A stretch of DNA of 61,795 nucleotides, counting the filler, from Bacteroidales bacterium (GTDB lineage Bacteria; Bacteroidota; Bacteroidia; Bacteroidales; CAIWKO01): assembly GCA_035389045.1 (NCBI GenBank). It is 2 parts of 2 records of this genome, joined end to end, with 100 filler letters (N's around TTAATTAATTAA, not from the genome) between each part and the next. Parts side by side here need not be neighbours in the genome. Positions count along the whole stretch, not along the records: positions 1 to 31,078 come from DAOORA010000056.1; 1 more part is not named here. The stretch is one strand, 5' to 3'. The notes under the pieces were generated by a model. It was not told where the DNA came from. It searched no databases and was given only the letters and a program-made list of their open reading frames with translations. How positions within the stretch are numbered: position 1 is the stretch's first letter; the number at the start of each line of letters is the position of its first letter. A program made the translations under genes and the position numbers. Positions 9,418 to 20,928 of the stretch are shown piece after piece.

Positions 9418-10572
9418 TTAAAGATTTTTGATCTTGTCGTCGTACTCTTTAATTTTTTCGTTATTGCTTTTACGGGCATATAATTGTTTTAACGTGATCA
9501 ACGTATTTCTGTCCTTCGGGTTTAATTTCTCGGCAATTTCAAGTTCAGGCAAGGCCTTATCCAGTAAATTATCTGCTTTCAGTTTTAATTCATCATATTT
9601 TGCAGTTTCTGTTATCGGCAGTTTATTGGCTTCTTCCATAATGCTTGCAGCAGTATTTACATATAAAGCCCCCAGGTTGTAATGAGCATCAAAATAATCA
9701 GTTTTCAGCTCAATGGCTTTCATATAGGATTTTTCTGCCTGTTCAAAATTTCCGAATTCATCCATATTGGCTCCAATGGCAAAATGCAATGTTGCGTTAT
9801 TAGGGTCTTTAGATACGGCGAGGTTTAAAAGATCCTGTGCCTCAGTAACTTTACCTTTTGAAAGATAACTGTTAATTTCAGCGATAATTAAATTCAGGTC
9901 GTTTGGCATGGCTTTTCTTCCTTTAGCAATAATTCCTTCAGCTTTCACTGTATCACCCTCTGATTTATATATATTGGAAAGTTGAGTATATACAAGTCCC
10001 TGTTTAAAGCTATTCTTTACCAGCTCTTCAAAAAATGTCTTGGCCTTTTTATTGTCTTTAAGCTGCACTGCACATAAACCTGCATTAAATGTTGCATTGG
10101 AGTCTTTTATACCAAAAATATTATTGATTTTTTTGGTCATTTCAAACATGCCAAGGGCATCGGTATACTGCTTTTTATAAAAAAGATCCACACCTTTATT
10201 ATAATACTGATCTCCGAGGAAGAACAATCCCATTTTTGGCGAATTGGGCACCAGGTTGTCATTAGAGATTTCCGGGTCAAGCTGAATGGCTTTCTGATAA
10301 GCATCGTATGCAATCTGGGTCGCATTAGAATCCAGCGCTTTATATTTCGCTTCCTGTGTCAGTGAAATACTCAGGTAAATATTCCCGCAATAAAACCATG
10401 TTTTGGCTTGTCCTTTGGTCTGGTCGTTAGCGCAGGCCTCATCGATGTTCAATTTGGCTTTATCAAGCTGCCCGTTTCTCAGATAGTTATAGGCGCTTAC
10501 CACTTTGGTGTTTTGAGCAAAAGTAATACCAGTAAACAATACTGCTAATACAAAAAATGCTAACTTTTTCAT
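9418..10572 (-). CDS. Exported tetratricopeptide-repeat protein
   Basis: Signal peptide ending TFA/Q; multiple TPRs (AYQKAIQLDP, AEKSYMKAIELK, AHYNLGALY); usual Bacteroidota position downstream of gyrA. Confidence 0.9.
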   Translation of the reverse strand: MKKLAFFVLAVLFTGITFAQNTKVVSAYNYLRNGQLDKAKLNIDEACANDQTKGQAKTWFYCGNIYLSISLTQEAKYKALDSNATQIAYDAYQKAIQLDPEISNDNLVPNSPKMGLFFLGDQYYNKGVDLFYKKQYTDALGMFEMTKKINNIFGIKDSNATFNAGLCAVQLKDNKKAKTFFEELVKNSFKQGLVYTQLSNIYKSEGDTVKAEGIIAKGRKAMPNDLNLIIAEINSYLSKGKVTEAQDLLNLAVSKDPNNATLHFAIGANMDEFGNFEQAEKSYMKAIELKTDYFDAHYNLGALYVNTAASIMEEANKLPITETAKYDELKLKADNLLDKALPELEIAEKLNPKDRNTLITLKQLYARKSNNEKIKEYDDKIKNL

Positions 10573-10645
10573 TTTGTTTGTTTTTTTTCTTATTGTTACA
10601 AAATTAATTATTTTTTACTAATCAAGTTTTTTGCCAGAATTAATT

Positions 10646-13258
10646 TTAAGCCTCTTCATTTTCTTTTTTGTCATCGTTTTCGTCAGAAATATCCTCATTT
10701 TTCAGTTTATCCAGCAATTCTTTCGAAATATCATCATCTCCGATATCATACGTTTCATCTTTGGCTAATTTCTTATCACTACCCTCAGGGTTAATAACTT
10801 CATCCGGAATTTCTTCTTCACTAATGTCAACGTCAACCTTGGTAACGGCGGCAATGGAGTCTTCTCTGAGGTCGATAAGCCGAACGCCCTGGGTTGCCCG
10901 GCCCATTACCCTCAGATTATTTACGGCCATCCGTATAATGATTCCTGATTTGTTAATGATCATCAGGTCGTTGGTGTCGAGCACATTGAGTATGGATATC
11001 AGGTTGCCGGTTTTCTGTGTGATGTTGATGGTTTTCACGCCCTTTCCTCCACGGTTGGTAACTCTGTAATCTTCTAATTTTGAACGTTTTCCATAACCAT
11101 TTTCGGAAACAACCAGTATGTCATACGATTCATTTTCGAGGCAGATCATTCCGACCACTTCGTCACTTTTTCCGCCCAGAGTAATGCCTCTCACGCCACT
11201 GGCATTACGTCCCATGGGCCGCACCTTCGATTCGTTGAAACGAATGGCCCTGCCCGAACGCAGCGCCATGAGCACTTCATTTTTGCCGTCGGTAAGTTTT
11301 GCCTGCAGCAGTTCATCGCCATCGCGAACCGTAATGGCATTGATACCCGATTGTCGCGGACGTGAATAAGCCTCCAGGGTGGTCTTTTTAATGACACCTT
11401 TGATCGTGCAGAGAATTATATAATTGTTTTTTGCATATTCTTTGTCTGTAAGGTCTTTTACATTTAAAAATGCTTTTACCTTATCCTCAGGAGAAATACT
11501 GATAAGATTCTGTATAGCTCTGCCTTTGCTGGTTTTAGTACCTTCTGGGATTTCAAAAACGCGCAGCCAGAAACATTTTCCCTGTTCGGTAAAGAACAGC
11601 ATATAATTATGCATGGTGGCTACAAAGATATATTCAATAAAATCCTCGTCGCGGATTTCGGTACCTTTGGAGCCGCGCCCTCCCCTGTTCTGACGTTTAT
11701 ATTCGATCAGCGGGGTGCGTTTGATGTATCCCATGTGAGAAATGGTTACCACCACCTGTTCATCGGCTATGGTGTCTTCAATCTTAAAGTCTTCTGCGGT
11801 ATATGTTATTTCTGTCTTGGGTTCGTCGCCGTATTTTTCTTTGATCTCCAGCAGTTCTTTTTTGATAATTTCCATCCTCATGCTGACATCTGCAAGCACA
11901 TTCTTAAAATACTCGATCTGCCGCATCAGTTCTTCATATTCCTTACGGAGGTTTTCACGTTCAAGGCCTACCAGCGCACGCAGACGCATATCCACGATGG
12001 CACGGGCCTGAATATCGTCGAGGCCAAATCGTTCCATGAGTCCTGTCCTGGCCTCATCCACCGTTTTTGCGGCACGGATAATAGCGATGACTTCGTCGAT
12101 ATTATCCAGTGCAATCATCAGTCCCTCAATGATATGTGCACGTTTCTGTGCTTGTTCAAGATCGTATTGGGTACGGCGGATGACCACATCGTGACGGTGA
12201 TCTACAAAATGTTTAATGATGCCTTTCAGGTTCAGAAGCATAGGTCTGCCCTTGACGAGAGCGATATTATTCACACTGAAAGATGACTGAAGCGCGGTTT
12301 GCTGATATAATTTATTGATGATCACATTGGATATGGTACCTTTCTTCAGTTCGTAAACGATGCGTATACCATTCTTGTCTGACTCATCACGTATTTCCGC
12401 TATCCCTTCAATTTTTTTCTCATTGACCAGCTCGGCTGTTTTTTTGATCATCTCGGCTTTGTTCACCTGGTATGGTATTGAGGTAACGATGAGATTTTCC
12501 CTGCCATCTTCTTCTTCGACCACGATGTCGCCCCGCAAAACAATTCTTCCTCTGCCCGTTTCATAAGCATCGCGCACGCCTTCGTACCCATATATGGTTC
12601 CACCGGTAGGAAAGTCGGGCGCTTTGATGAATTTCATCAGCTCCGGAATAGTTATTTCATTATTATCAATATAGGCAATTATTCCGTCTACAGATTCTTT
12701 CAGGTTATGAGGCGGCATATTGGTAGCCATACCTACAGCAATACCTGATGCTCCATTGACTAATAACTGAGGTATCTTGGCCGGTAACACGGTGGGTTCT
12801 TCCAGGGTATCATCAAAGTTCAGCATCCAGTCGACCGTATTTTTGTCGATATCCACAAGCATTTCTTCGGCAATTTTCTGAAAACGGGCTTCGGTATATC
12901 GCATGGCAGCCGGGCTGTCGCCATCTACTGAGCCAAAATTTCCCTGTCCGTCAACCAGTGGATAACGCAGTGACCAATCCTGTGCCATACGAACCATGGC
13001 ATCGTATACAGAGGTGTCTCCATGAGGATGATATTTACCCAGTACCTCCCCTACTATCCTTGCTGATTTTTTATATGGGCGGTTTGAAAGTATTCCTAAA
13101 TCGTACATACCATATAATACTCTGCGATGTACCGGCTTCAATCCATCACGTATATCAGGCAACGCCCTCGAGACAATAACTGACATTGAATAATCAATGT
13201 AAGCCGTCTTCATCTGGTCCTCAATGTTTACTTTAATAATGTTGTCAATTTCACTCAT
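10646..13258 (-). CDS. gyrA: DNA gyrase subunit A
   Basis: YHPHGD QRDR, catalytic AAMRYTEAR, GyrA-box QNRGGRG, beta-pinwheel repeats and acidic tail. Confidence 0.98.
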   Translation of the reverse strand: MSEIDNIIKVNIEDQMKTAYIDYSMSVIVSRALPDIRDGLKPVHRRVLYGMYDLGILSNRPYKKSARIVGEVLGKYHPHGDTSVYDAMVRMAQDWSLRYPLVDGQGNFGSVDGDSPAAMRYTEARFQKIAEEMLVDIDKNTVDWMLNFDDTLEEPTVLPAKIPQLLVNGASGIAVGMATNMPPHNLKESVDGIIAYIDNNEITIPELMKFIKAPDFPTGGTIYGYEGVRDAYETGRGRIVLRGDIVVEEEDGRENLIVTSIPYQVNKAEMIKKTAELVNEKKIEGIAEIRDESDKNGIRIVYELKKGTISNVIINKLYQQTALQSSFSVNNIALVKGRPMLLNLKGIIKHFVDHRHDVVIRRTQYDLEQAQKRAHIIEGLMIALDNIDEVIAIIRAAKTVDEARTGLMERFGLDDIQARAIVDMRLRALVGLERENLRKEYEELMRQIEYFKNVLADVSMRMEIIKKELLEIKEKYGDEPKTEITYTAEDFKIEDTIADEQVVVTISHMGYIKRTPLIEYKRQNRGGRGSKGTEIRDEDFIEYIFVATMHNYMLFFTEQGKCFWLRVFEIPEGTKTSKGRAIQNLISISPEDKVKAFLNVKDLTDKEYAKNNYIILCTIKGVIKKTTLEAYSRPRQSGINAITVRDGDELLQAKLTDGKNEVLMALRSGRAIRFNESKVRPMGRNASGVRGITLGGKSDEVVGMICLENESYDILVVSENGYGKRSKLEDYRVTNRGGKGVKTINITQKTGNLISILNVLDTNDLMIINKSGIIIRMAVNNLRVMGRATQGVRLIDLREDSIAAVTKVDVDISEEEIPDEVINPEGSDKKLAKDETYDIGDDDISKELLDKLKNEDISDENDDKKENEEA

Positions 13259-13445
13259 AGTGCTAAAATACTCATTTATAATTAATTAGTAATTGAAAAA
13301 GTTTAACGAAGGTACTACTTTTTTTGGATCTGAAAAGCCTTTTGTTAATATTTTATTACTAACATAATTCTGTTGAAAAATAAGTATTTCAAAGCTTCCT
13401 GAGATGGTCATTCTTAAATAATTTTGATAATCGGATTAAATTTTG

Positions 13446-13453
13446 TACTTTTG
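13446..13453 (+). promoter_or_regulatory. Bacteroidota -7 promoter box (TACTTTTG)
   Basis: Matches TAnnTTTG 22 nt upstream of ATG 13476. Confidence 0.55.
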
Positions 13454-13475
13454 GTTAAAAACATTAATGACGCAC

Positions 13476-16028
13476 ATGGAAGCTAAATTTTCACAACGGG
13501 TAAAAAACATATTTGAATACAGTAAAGAGGAAGCCATACGCCTCAGAAACGATTATATCGGTGTGGAGCATCTGTTCCTTGGATTATTGCGTGATAAAGA
13601 CAGTCTCGCTTTAAAAATTCTTGAAACCCTGAATTACGATTTCATTGAAATCAAAATTGCTATTGAACGGAATATAAAAACCTCGACCGACCGTCTGACC
13701 AGCATCAGTGATGACCCGGATAAAAACATCCCGCTGAACAAGCAGGCCGAAAGAGTTATTAAATATACTTTTCTGGAGGCGCAACTTTACAAGGCGGATA
13801 TTATCGGTACAGAGCATTTATTGCTGGCTATCCTGAAAGATGAAACCAACCTGGCTACAAAATTTTTGTACCGGCAGAATATCAGTTACGAATCAGCGAG
13901 TACAGAATTGCAGAATATCATTGGTGATGGCAGCGAAGGCCGCCCGTACCCCAAAGATGAACTTCCCGGAAGTTCGGGCAATGATGATGCTGATGAAGGG
14001 CCTTTTGGAGGCGAATCCAAAAAATCTGCGGATTCAAAGTCCAAAACCCCGGTACTTGATAATTTCGGCAGGGACCTGACACGTCTTGCTGAAGAAGACC
14101 GGCTTGATCCTGTAGTAGGACGTGAGAAAGAACTTGAGCGCCTGGCTCAGATCTTAAGCCGTCGCAAAAAAAACAATCCCGTGCTTATTGGTGAGGCCGG
14201 TGTTGGCAAAACGGCTATCGCTGAAGGTCTTGCACTGCGTATCGTACAGCGAAAAGTGTCCAGGGCATTGTTTGACAAGCGTATCGTAACACTCGACCTT
14301 GCCTCGCTGGTGGCTGGCACCAAGTACCGCGGGCAGTTTGAAGAACGTATGAAAGCCGTCATCAATGAACTTGAGAAAAATGACGACATCATCATTTTTA
14401 TTGATGAGATACATACCATAGTGGGTGCCGGCGGCGCCTCAGGCTCGCTGGATGCATCGAACATGTTCAAACCTGCATTATCACGGGGCGACATTCAATG
14501 CATCGGCGCCACAACATTGGATGAATACCGGCAATATATCGAAAAAGACGGTGCACTGGAAAGACGTTTCCAGAAAGTGATTGTTGAACCCACCACTCCG
14601 GAAGAAACTATTGATATACTTAACAACATTAAGGACCGTTATGAAAAACATCACCTGGTAAAGTATTCCGACGAGGCCATCAAGGCCTGTGTCAGCCTTA
14701 CCAACCGTTATATCAGCGACCGCTGTCTCCCCGACAAAGCCATTGATGCCCTGGATGAAGCCGGGGCGCGGGTACATATCACCAATATCCACGTACCAGA
14801 GAACATCATTATTATTGAAGCCAATATTGAGGAAGTGAGGCAAAAAAAACGTAAAGCCATTGAAAGCCAGCAATATGAGGTTGCAGCCCAGCTTCGTGAC
14901 ACGGAACGCCAGTTGATGAATGAGCTGGAAATAGCTAAGAATAAATGGCTGGACGAAAGTCAACTCAATCTTGAACTGGTCACGGAAGACAATGTAGCCG
15001 AAGTGGTGGCTATGATGACCGGGGTACCGGTTCAGCGCATAGCCCAGAATGAAAGCAGCCGCCTGATCAGCATGGAGGAAGAACTGCGTAAACTGGTCAT
15101 CGGGCAGGACGAAGCTATTAAAAAAGTGGTTAAAGCCATACGCAGAAACCGGGCAGGGCTGAAAGACCCCAATAAACCCATAGGTTCATTTATTTTCCTT
15201 GGCCCTACCGGCGTAGGAAAAACTTACCTGGCCAAAGTGCTTTCCAAATATCTTTTTGATTCTGACGACGCTCTGGTCCGCATTGATATGAGCGAATATA
15301 TGGAGAAATTTGCTGTCTCCCGGCTTATAGGAGCGCCTCCGGGATATGTAGGTTATGAAGAAGGCGGACAACTTACCGAAAAGATACGCCGGAAACCTTA
15401 TGCCGTGGTACTTCTTGACGAGATAGAAAAAGCTCACCCCGATGTTTTTCATCTGTTGTTGCAGGTTCTGGACGATGGACAGCTTACCGACAGTTTCGGT
15501 CGGAAGGTAGATTTTAAGAATACCATTATCATTATGACTTCCAACATTGGCTCGCGTCAGCTGAAAGATTTCGGCCAGGGTGTGGGGTTTCAGACTGCCG
15601 CCAAAGAAAGCAACAAGGCCGGATATGCAAAAAGCATCATCGAAAATGCCCTGAAAAAAGCTTTTGCCCCTGAATTTCTGAACAGGATTGATGATGTGGT
15701 GATCTTTGAAGACATCCGGAGGGAAGATATCCACCGTATCATTGACATCGAATTGTCATTTGTGGAATCAAGGATCAAAGCTTTGGGCTATAAACTAAAA
15801 GTGCTGACCCGGGCCAAAGACTTCATTATTGACAAAGGCTGGGATCCGAATTTTGGCGCAAGGCCTTTAAAACGCGCTATTCAGAAATATATCGAAGATG
15901 GCCTTGCGGAAGAGATCATCAAATCAAAACTGCATGAAGGAGATGTAATCACCGTTGATTATGATCCCAAAAAGGATGAAATAGAGGTCAGGATCACTGA
16001 AGGCAAAAAGAACCCGGAAAAAAAATAA
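13476..16028 (+). CDS. clpC: ATP-dependent Clp protease ATP-binding subunit ClpC
   Basis: Clp_N repeats (IGVEHL, IGTEHL), two AAA+ modules ([16 protein letters not shown]), UVR-like coiled coil and VGF loop; start placed at MEAKFS. Confidence 0.95.
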   Translation: MEAKFSQRVKNIFEYSKEEAIRLRNDYIGVEHLFLGLLRDKDSLALKILETLNYDFIEIKIAIERNIKTSTDRLTSISDDPDKNIPLNKQAERVIKYTFLEAQLYKADIIGTEHLLLAILKDETNLATKFLYRQNISYESASTELQNIIGDGSEGRPYPKDELPGSSGNDDADEGPFGGESKKSADSKSKTPVLDNFGRDLTRLAEEDRLDPVVGREKELERLAQILSRRKKNNPVLIGEAGVGKTAIAEGLALRIVQRKVSRALFDKRIVTLDLASLVAGTKYRGQFEERMKAVINELEKNDDIIIFIDEIHTIVGAGGASGSLDASNMFKPALSRGDIQCIGATTLDEYRQYIEKDGALERRFQKVIVEPTTPEETIDILNNIKDRYEKHHLVKYSDEAIKACVSLTNRYISDRCLPDKAIDALDEAGARVHITNIHVPENIIIIEANIEEVRQKKRKAIESQQYEVAAQLRDTERQLMNELEIAKNKWLDESQLNLELVTEDNVAEVVAMMTGVPVQRIAQNESSRLISMEEELRKLVIGQDEAIKKVVKAIRRNRAGLKDPNKPIGSFIFLGPTGVGKTYLAKVLSKYLFDSDDALVRIDMSEYMEKFAVSRLIGAPPGYVGYEEGGQLTEKIRRKPYAVVLLDEIEKAHPDVFHLLLQVLDDGQLTDSFGRKVDFKNTIIIMTSNIGSRQLKDFGQGVGFQTAAKESNKAGYAKSIIENALKKAFAPEFLNRIDDVVIFEDIRREDIHRIIDIELSFVESRIKALGYKLKVLTRAKDFIIDKGWDPNFGARPLKRAIQKYIEDGLAEEIIKSKLHEGDVITVDYDPKKDEIEVRITEGKKNPEKK

Positions 16029-16043
16029 CAAAACAGCTCTTTG

Positions 16044-16679
16044 CTATTTGGGGTATCCGACACACTGTGTTAAAATTACTTTTTTATCATCCTTTAATTT
16101 AAGATATTCTTTTATTTTTTCTCTGTCTATATAGCCCATGACCACAGTGGCCAGGTTTTGTGATGAACAGTAGAGGTAAACATTCTGGCTGATGTAACCC
16201 GCGTCGACGGCGGAATAGAACTCTTTATCCTCTTTGCTCCGCTCCCCCATTCTGGAATAGTCGGCCACATAAATCAAAACCACAGCCGCATCGCCGGCAA
16301 AATCCTGTTTACCCATATCCTTGCGGTGGTCACCTGCAAATACCGCCTGCAGTACATTTTTCTTTGCATCATATAAATATATTCCCGATTCGAGGCTGAC
16401 ATAAACCTCGGTTTCCTGCCAGTTGACCGCCGAGGGTGCTGTACGTTTGCCCGATTCAGGCCGGTTTATGCCGAAGGCAGCCCATAACAGGTCGGACAGT
16501 TGTTGCTGGGTAAGTTTCTGTTCGCTGAAATTCCGCCTGGTCTGCCGGTCTTTCAATGCCTCCATCAGTGGCTTCCCTCCTTTCATGACTGGCGATGGCA
16601 GTATTAAATTTTCAATATCCTGCGAAATGCCAGTCAGTGAAAAAAACATGGTGGTGATAATTACAAAAAAAATTTTCAT
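16044..16679 (-). CDS. Nitroreductase-superfamily (SagB/ThcOx-like) FMN oxidoreductase with signal peptide
   Basis: LMEALKDRQTRRNF, LSDLLWAAFG, RTAPSA and DAGYISQNVYL motifs. Confidence 0.88.
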   Translation of the reverse strand: MKIFFVIITTMFFSLTGISQDIENLILPSPVMKGGKPLMEALKDRQTRRNFSEQKLTQQQLSDLLWAAFGINRPESGKRTAPSAVNWQETEVYVSLESGIYLYDAKKNVLQAVFAGDHRKDMGKQDFAGDAAVVLIYVADYSRMGERSKEDKEFYSAVDAGYISQNVYLYCSSQNLATVVMGYIDREKIKEYLKLKDDKKVILTQCVGYPK

Positions 16680-16690
16680 ATGGACTTTTA

Positions 16691-17281
16691 TTATGGTTTA
16701 ATTAAATTCAAAATTTTATAATTTATATCAAGAACCTGTGGTATCAGCAAAGACGCTCCATCGTTTATGATCACAAAATCAGCTTTTGATGTTTTGATGT
16801 GGTCAGGGATCTGATTGTTCATTCTTGCTTTAATCTCATCCCGGTTAAGCCCGTCTCTTTTCATGACGCGCTCGATGCACAACTCTTCAGGGGCAGAAAC
16901 GTTGATGATTTTATCAAAAATGGTCCATAATGAAGATTCATATATTATGGCCGCCTCCATGATCAAATAAGGGACATCATTCTGTTTATGTACCCACTGA
17001 TTAAAGCTATGGATTAAAAAAGGATGCACGATATTATTCAGTTCAGCCAGTTTTTCCGGGCCATAAAAGACAAGCCGGGCAAGCTTCCGGAAACTGATGC
17101 GGCCATTTTCAAATACTTCATCACCAAAATATCCTTTGACTTTTTCAAGAATTTCCACATCATCATAAGCTTTTTTTGCCTCGTCATCTGCATAAAAAAC
17201 CGGCACCTGCAATTCCGAAAATATCCCGGAAACCATACTTTTCCCGCTACCTATCCCCCCGGTCAAACCTACTTTTATCAT
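16691..17281 (-). CDS. coaE: Dephospho-CoA kinase
   Basis: VGLTGGIGSGKS P-loop, LNNIVHP, EAAIIYE, RVMKRDG. Confidence 0.96.
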   Translation of the reverse strand: MIKVGLTGGIGSGKSMVSGIFSELQVPVFYADDEAKKAYDDVEILEKVKGYFGDEVFENGRISFRKLARLVFYGPEKLAELNNIVHPFLIHSFNQWVHKQNDVPYLIMEAAIIYESSLWTIFDKIINVSAPEELCIERVMKRDGLNRDEIKARMNNQIPDHIKTSKADFVIINDGASLLIPQVLDINYKILNLIKP

Positions 17282-18282
17282 TTCCTGCGGATTAAATACT
17301 CTATATTGTCGGGTTCGATACGTTGTATCTTGACGAAATGAGGCACTTTTTTCAGAATTACCTGAGCCACATTGTGTTTGGAATGCAACAGTCCGGCTTC
17401 CCTGAATCCTGCCCTGAACGAATCAACAGATAATTTGTTATGATCGGGAATGCTGATCAGAAAATAACATCTGACTTTGTCGGGATATGCAATAACCTGA
17501 TAGCTGCCAGGAATGGAATCGAATGTTATGGGAATATCCACATATTCTTCAGTATATTGAGCTACAGGAACATACATTTTGACTTCGTTATCAGAATATC
17601 TCAGGTTGAACGTATTTTCAGGATTGATCAGTTTTAAATGCAAATAGGTGTTTTCGGACAGATCATTCAGCTCCTTTTTTTCGGTTTCAACATATTTTAC
17701 TGAATCCACCCGTTTCTTATTCCCGGTAACAAACACAGAATCCGGTTCGATATATATATGCTTATATATATTAAACTGTTTTTTATAATTAATATCCACG
17801 TTGGCGATTACAGGCACTTTTTTGGTGTATGCCCGTTCGAGTTTAATTTTGAGCACTGAGGGATAGACTGAAATCAGTTTTTCACCCGGTTTGAGGAAGG
17901 AAACCAGTTTGTTGGTAAGTGTCGGAGTTTCAATAAATATTTCGTAGAATTTGCCGTTCTGCCGGGCTGGATATTGGTTCAGATCCATCTGTACAGAATA
18001 TCTTTTGTTCAGGAGGCGGTTATAAATGATATTATATCCTGCAGACTGAATGCTCGCAATAACCAGAGTATCCGAACTGGGGATCAGGATTTTGTTTTTC
18101 TGAATACCTTTATAATTTAAGGAAACAACGACGTTATGGATATAATTATCTGAAAGCCTGACCATAAGCCACATAACGGAAGCAATAGCCAGGCAAATGA
18201 AAAAAACTCTCAGATTTTTGTTGAGATGCCTTTTATTTTCATTTTGTTCGTCAAAATATATATCATGACGCTCTGATGTCAA
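17278..18282 (-). CDS. YbbR/CdaR-like domain membrane protein
   Basis: N-terminal TM helix, KKVPV..IEPDSVFVTG YbbR-like segments, conserved position between yajC and coaE; 4-bp overlap with coaE; GTG/TTG-type start uncertain. Confidence 0.8.
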   Translation of the reverse strand: MTSERHDIYFDEQNENKRHLNKNLRVFFICLAIASVMWLMVRLSDNYIHNVVVSLNYKGIQKNKILIPSSDTLVIASIQSAGYNIIYNRLLNKRYSVQMDLNQYPARQNGKFYEIFIETPTLTNKLVSFLKPGEKLISVYPSVLKIKLERAYTKKVPVIANVDINYKKQFNIYKHIYIEPDSVFVTGNKKRVDSVKYVETEKKELNDLSENTYLHLKLINPENTFNLRYSDNEVKMYVPVAQYTEEYVDIPITFDSIPGSYQVIAYPDKVRCYFLISIPDHNKLSVDSFRAGFREAGLLHSKHNVAQVILKKVPHFVKIQRIEPDNIEYLIRRK

Positions 18283-18317
18283 AGCCGGAAATTTTGCTTA
18301 GTTTTTAATCGGTTGAT

Positions 18318-18647
18318 TTATTCACCATTACCCGCTACGGATGAAGCTATGGATGCTTTCTCGATTTTCAGTTTGCCTAAACCTTCAGTTTCGATAATCA
18401 CCGTACTCTCCTGTACTTCAAGTATTTTTCCATGTACACCACCCGCAGTAATGACTTTATCACCTCTTTTGAGGCCTTCTCTGAATCTCTTCAGTTCTTT
18501 GTTCTTTTTGGACTGAGGGCGAATAAAGAACAGGTAAAACACTGCCACGATCAGTACCATCATGATAATTGTACTCACAGCACTTCCGCTGCCTTGCTGA
18601 CCAGTGGTGCCACCGCCCATCATCAATAAAATGTTTATCAAATTCAT
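18318..18647 (-). CDS. yajC: Preprotein translocase subunit YajC
   Basis: FYLFFIRPQSKK and LKRGDKVITAGGVHG motifs. Confidence 0.96.
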   Translation of the reverse strand: MNLINILLMMGGGTTGQQGSGSAVSTIIMMVLIVAVFYLFFIRPQSKKNKELKRFREGLKRGDKVITAGGVHGKILEVQESTVIIETEGLGKLKIEKASIASSVAGNGE

Positions 18648-18658
18648 TTTGTTTATTT

Positions 18659-19114
18659 TTAATTTATATCTAAATTTACTATTTCAGCTTTTATGGTCAA
18701 TACTTTTGTATTGGGCTGGGTATTAGCCACCAGCGTAACAGATTTATTCTGTATGCCTCTTCTTCCTTCACTGTTAAATGATATGGATATACCACTTTCT
18801 TCACCAGGTTTGATGGGTGTTTTGGGATAATCGGCCACCGTGCATCCACAGGTGGCTTTTGCATCCGAAATGATCAGGTCGGATTTGCCGGAATTTTTAA
18901 ATTTAAATGTAAAACTGACTTTTTCGCCTTCGCTGATCCTTCCAAAGTCATGTTCTTCTGTATTAAACTGAAAAACAGGAAGCTTGCTTAAATCAACATT
19001 TCCTGAGGCCGAATTTGGATTATTTACCAGTTCCGTGCTGATCTTATCAGTATCATTGCCACATGAAAAAAACATGAGTGAGGCAAAAAACACTATATAA
19101 ACCTTCAGTCGCAT
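18659..19114 (-). CDS. DUF1573 lipoprotein
   Basis: Lipobox FFSC; HDFGRI and ATCGCT motifs. Confidence 0.9.
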   Translation of the reverse strand: MRLKVYIVFFASLMFFSCGNDTDKISTELVNNPNSASGNVDLSKLPVFQFNTEEHDFGRISEGEKVSFTFKFKNSGKSDLIISDAKATCGCTVADYPKTPIKPGEESGISISFNSEGRRGIQNKSVTLVANTQPNTKVLTIKAEIVNLDIN

Positions 19115-19131
19115 GTCACACTTTTTTTTTG

Positions 19132-19139
19132 CAAAAATA
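19132..19139 (-). promoter_or_regulatory. Bacteroidota -7 promoter box (TATTTTTG), internal promoter for DUF1573-yajC-ybbR-coaE
   Basis: caaaaata on the plus strand, 17 nt upstream of the 19114 start. Confidence 0.55.
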
Positions 19140-19163
19140 CAAAAAAACTCAATGAAAAAGTTT

Positions 19164-20126
19164 TTATCCGATTAATCCCCTGCCTGTTTTTTTAATTTTT
19201 TTCTTATCCATCAGGTCGAAAAGGAGTTTATCGAGCAGTCCGTTAATAAATATTTTACTTTTGGGCGTGCTGTACATTTTAGAGATTTCGATGTATTCGT
19301 TGATGGTCACCTTGGTTGGGATGGTTGGGAAATCAATGAATTCCGACAAGGCCATTTTTATTAAAAGTGAATCCACCAGGGCAATACGGTCAATTTCCCA
19401 GTTATCAACCTTTTTCTCGATAAGGTCGTCAAATTCCTCGCTATGAACCACTGTTTTTGAAAAAAGATCTGAGATATACCGGAGTTCTTCTTTTTCGTCA
19501 TTATCCTGCTGGTTTCCGAAAAGCCCCGGCAAGAAAGGATTTTTTTCTCCTGAGTTCTTCAGGTATTTGAGGGTTTTCAAAACCATATAACAGGCAATAT
19601 CATAATCATCTGCCCAGAAAACATTCATATCCTCGAAATATTGCTGCAAACTTTCATTTTCGGCAAAAAACGTATCCACAATATCTTCCAGCACTTTGAA
19701 ATCCTTATCTGTACTAAACTGGGCAGCATTCATATAAGAGATAAAAAAAGGAGATTCTTTGATCTGCTGATAGGTTTTACGGATAAGCACCTCCTGCTCG
19801 GCCCAGTTTATCTTCAACTCGTCATATTTTCTTATATAATCAGGGCTGTTCTCAATTTTTGAGATCAGGGAATTATCCACAAACCGGGTATTGGGATGAA
19901 CTTCTTCCTGGGTTGGAAAAAATTTATTTTTTTGTATTTCAATGGTTTCCCTTGCAAAATCAGCTATTTCCAACAAAAATGACAATTGGTAAATATACAG
20001 ATCGTAAATGCTATAAATATTTTTATGAAGGTTTTTCAGCGCCACATCCACCCGTTTGTCATCTGACTGAAAGAAGGCGTAAAGTGCCTGCATCACCTTT
20101 ATTCGGAGTACACGTCGGTTAAGCAT
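19164..20126 (-). CDS. nusB: Transcription antitermination factor NusB (long Bacteroidota form)
   Basis: MLNRRVLRIKVMQALY, NWEIDRIA, KVTINEYIEISKMYST and FINGLLD motifs. Confidence 0.95.
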   Translation of the reverse strand: MLNRRVLRIKVMQALYAFFQSDDKRVDVALKNLHKNIYSIYDLYIYQLSFLLEIADFARETIEIQKNKFFPTQEEVHPNTRFVDNSLISKIENSPDYIRKYDELKINWAEQEVLIRKTYQQIKESPFFISYMNAAQFSTDKDFKVLEDIVDTFFAENESLQQYFEDMNVFWADDYDIACYMVLKTLKYLKNSGEKNPFLPGLFGNQQDNDEKEELRYISDLFSKTVVHSEEFDDLIEKKVDNWEIDRIALVDSLLIKMALSEFIDFPTIPTKVTINEYIEISKMYSTPKSKIFINGLLDKLLFDLMDKKKIKKTGRGLIG

Positions 20127-20382
20127 TATAAGAATTCAAGAATTTTGTGCGAAATTAAAAAAAAAATGTAACGTATACAGGCTTATTTTATTAAAAACGG
20201 CAATATTTTATCAACAAGGGTTTTGTCTCAGCCGCCATAAGTCACATCGGCAATGTATCCTGGTACAGCTTTGACTGCAGGCATGCCTGGTTGGCACAGC
20301 ACAATAATAGTGCAAAGGAAATCCATAAAAAATCATTATGAAAAAATGTCCCGGCATGATACGGAATTTTGCAAAATGTTAG

Positions 20383-20390
20383 TATATTTG
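20383..20390 (+). promoter_or_regulatory. Bacteroidota -7 promoter box (TATATTTG)
   Basis: Matches TAnnTTTG 22 nt upstream of ATG 20413. Confidence 0.6.
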
Positions 20391-20412
20391 TGTCGGATAA
20401 AAAAAGGATTTT

Positions 20413-20778
20413 ATGGAAGAGAAAGAATTTAAAGACAGAAACGACCGGGAGGAGATTTTCTCAAAAGCAGTGAGGGCTGGGAAAAGAACCTATTTTTTTG
20501 ATGTTAAATCAACACGCAGTGAAGATTATTATCTCACAATTACCGAAAGCAAAAGAAGGTTTAGCAATGAACAGGGGAAGTTTTTTTACGAGAAGCACAA
20601 GCTTTTTTTATATCGTGAAGACTTTGAAAAGTTCATCAAGGGATTAAACGATACCATAAATTTTATCAACACCGGCGAGATACCTCCGCCTGATCCCATG
20701 GACGAAGTGCTGAACGGTGATGATTTTTCCGAACTGGGTATGAACAACCCGGAAGAAGATACAGATTCCGAAAAATAA
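20413..20778 (+). CDS. DUF3276 (PUR-like DNA/RNA-binding) protein
   Basis: FSKAVRAGKRTYFFDV, YLTITESK and HKLFLYREDF motifs; divergent from nusB. Confidence 0.92.
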   Translation: MEEKEFKDRNDREEIFSKAVRAGKRTYFFDVKSTRSEDYYLTITESKRRFSNEQGKFFYEKHKLFLYREDFEKFIKGLNDTINFINTGEIPPPDPMDEVLNGDDFSELGMNNPEEDTDSEK

Positions 20779-20891
20779 ATCCCTGTATCTTTTTCGTTTG
20801 TTTGCTTATTACAGTCATACTCTTATGACCGATTATCATTTTGTTCACTTTTTAGTGAAAAACTTTATTAATATTTTCGAAGAAAAGAGCG

Positions 20892-20899
20892 TATTTTTG
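20892..20899 (+). promoter_or_regulatory. Bacteroidota -7 promoter box (TATTTTTG)
   Basis: Matches TAnnTTTG about 30 nt upstream of parA. Confidence 0.55.
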
Positions 20900-20928
20900 C
20901 GAAAAAAAGATTTTAACATAAGCTTGTT

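Noticed and set aside
13005..13035. GyrA has Thr at the Ser83-equivalent position ([10 protein letters not shown])
   Set aside because: Thr is a natural residue at this site in many taxa, so it is not evidence of acquired quinolone resistance.
11609..15734. Long antisense ORFs within gyrA and clpC (225, 160 and 182 aa)
   Set aside because: They lie opposite well-conserved genes and have no recognisable motifs, so they are codon-bias shadows.
16044..16679. SagB/ThcOx-like protein as a sign of a RiPP (TOMM) cluster
   Set aside because: No YcaO, precursor peptide or transporter is nearby; stand-alone nitroreductase-fold genes are common in Bacteroidota.
20220..20330. GC-richer intergenic patch with the palindrome caggcatgcctg between nusB and DUF3276
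   Set aside because: It has no recognisable tRNA, riboswitch or sRNA features, and one 12-bp palindrome is not significant.
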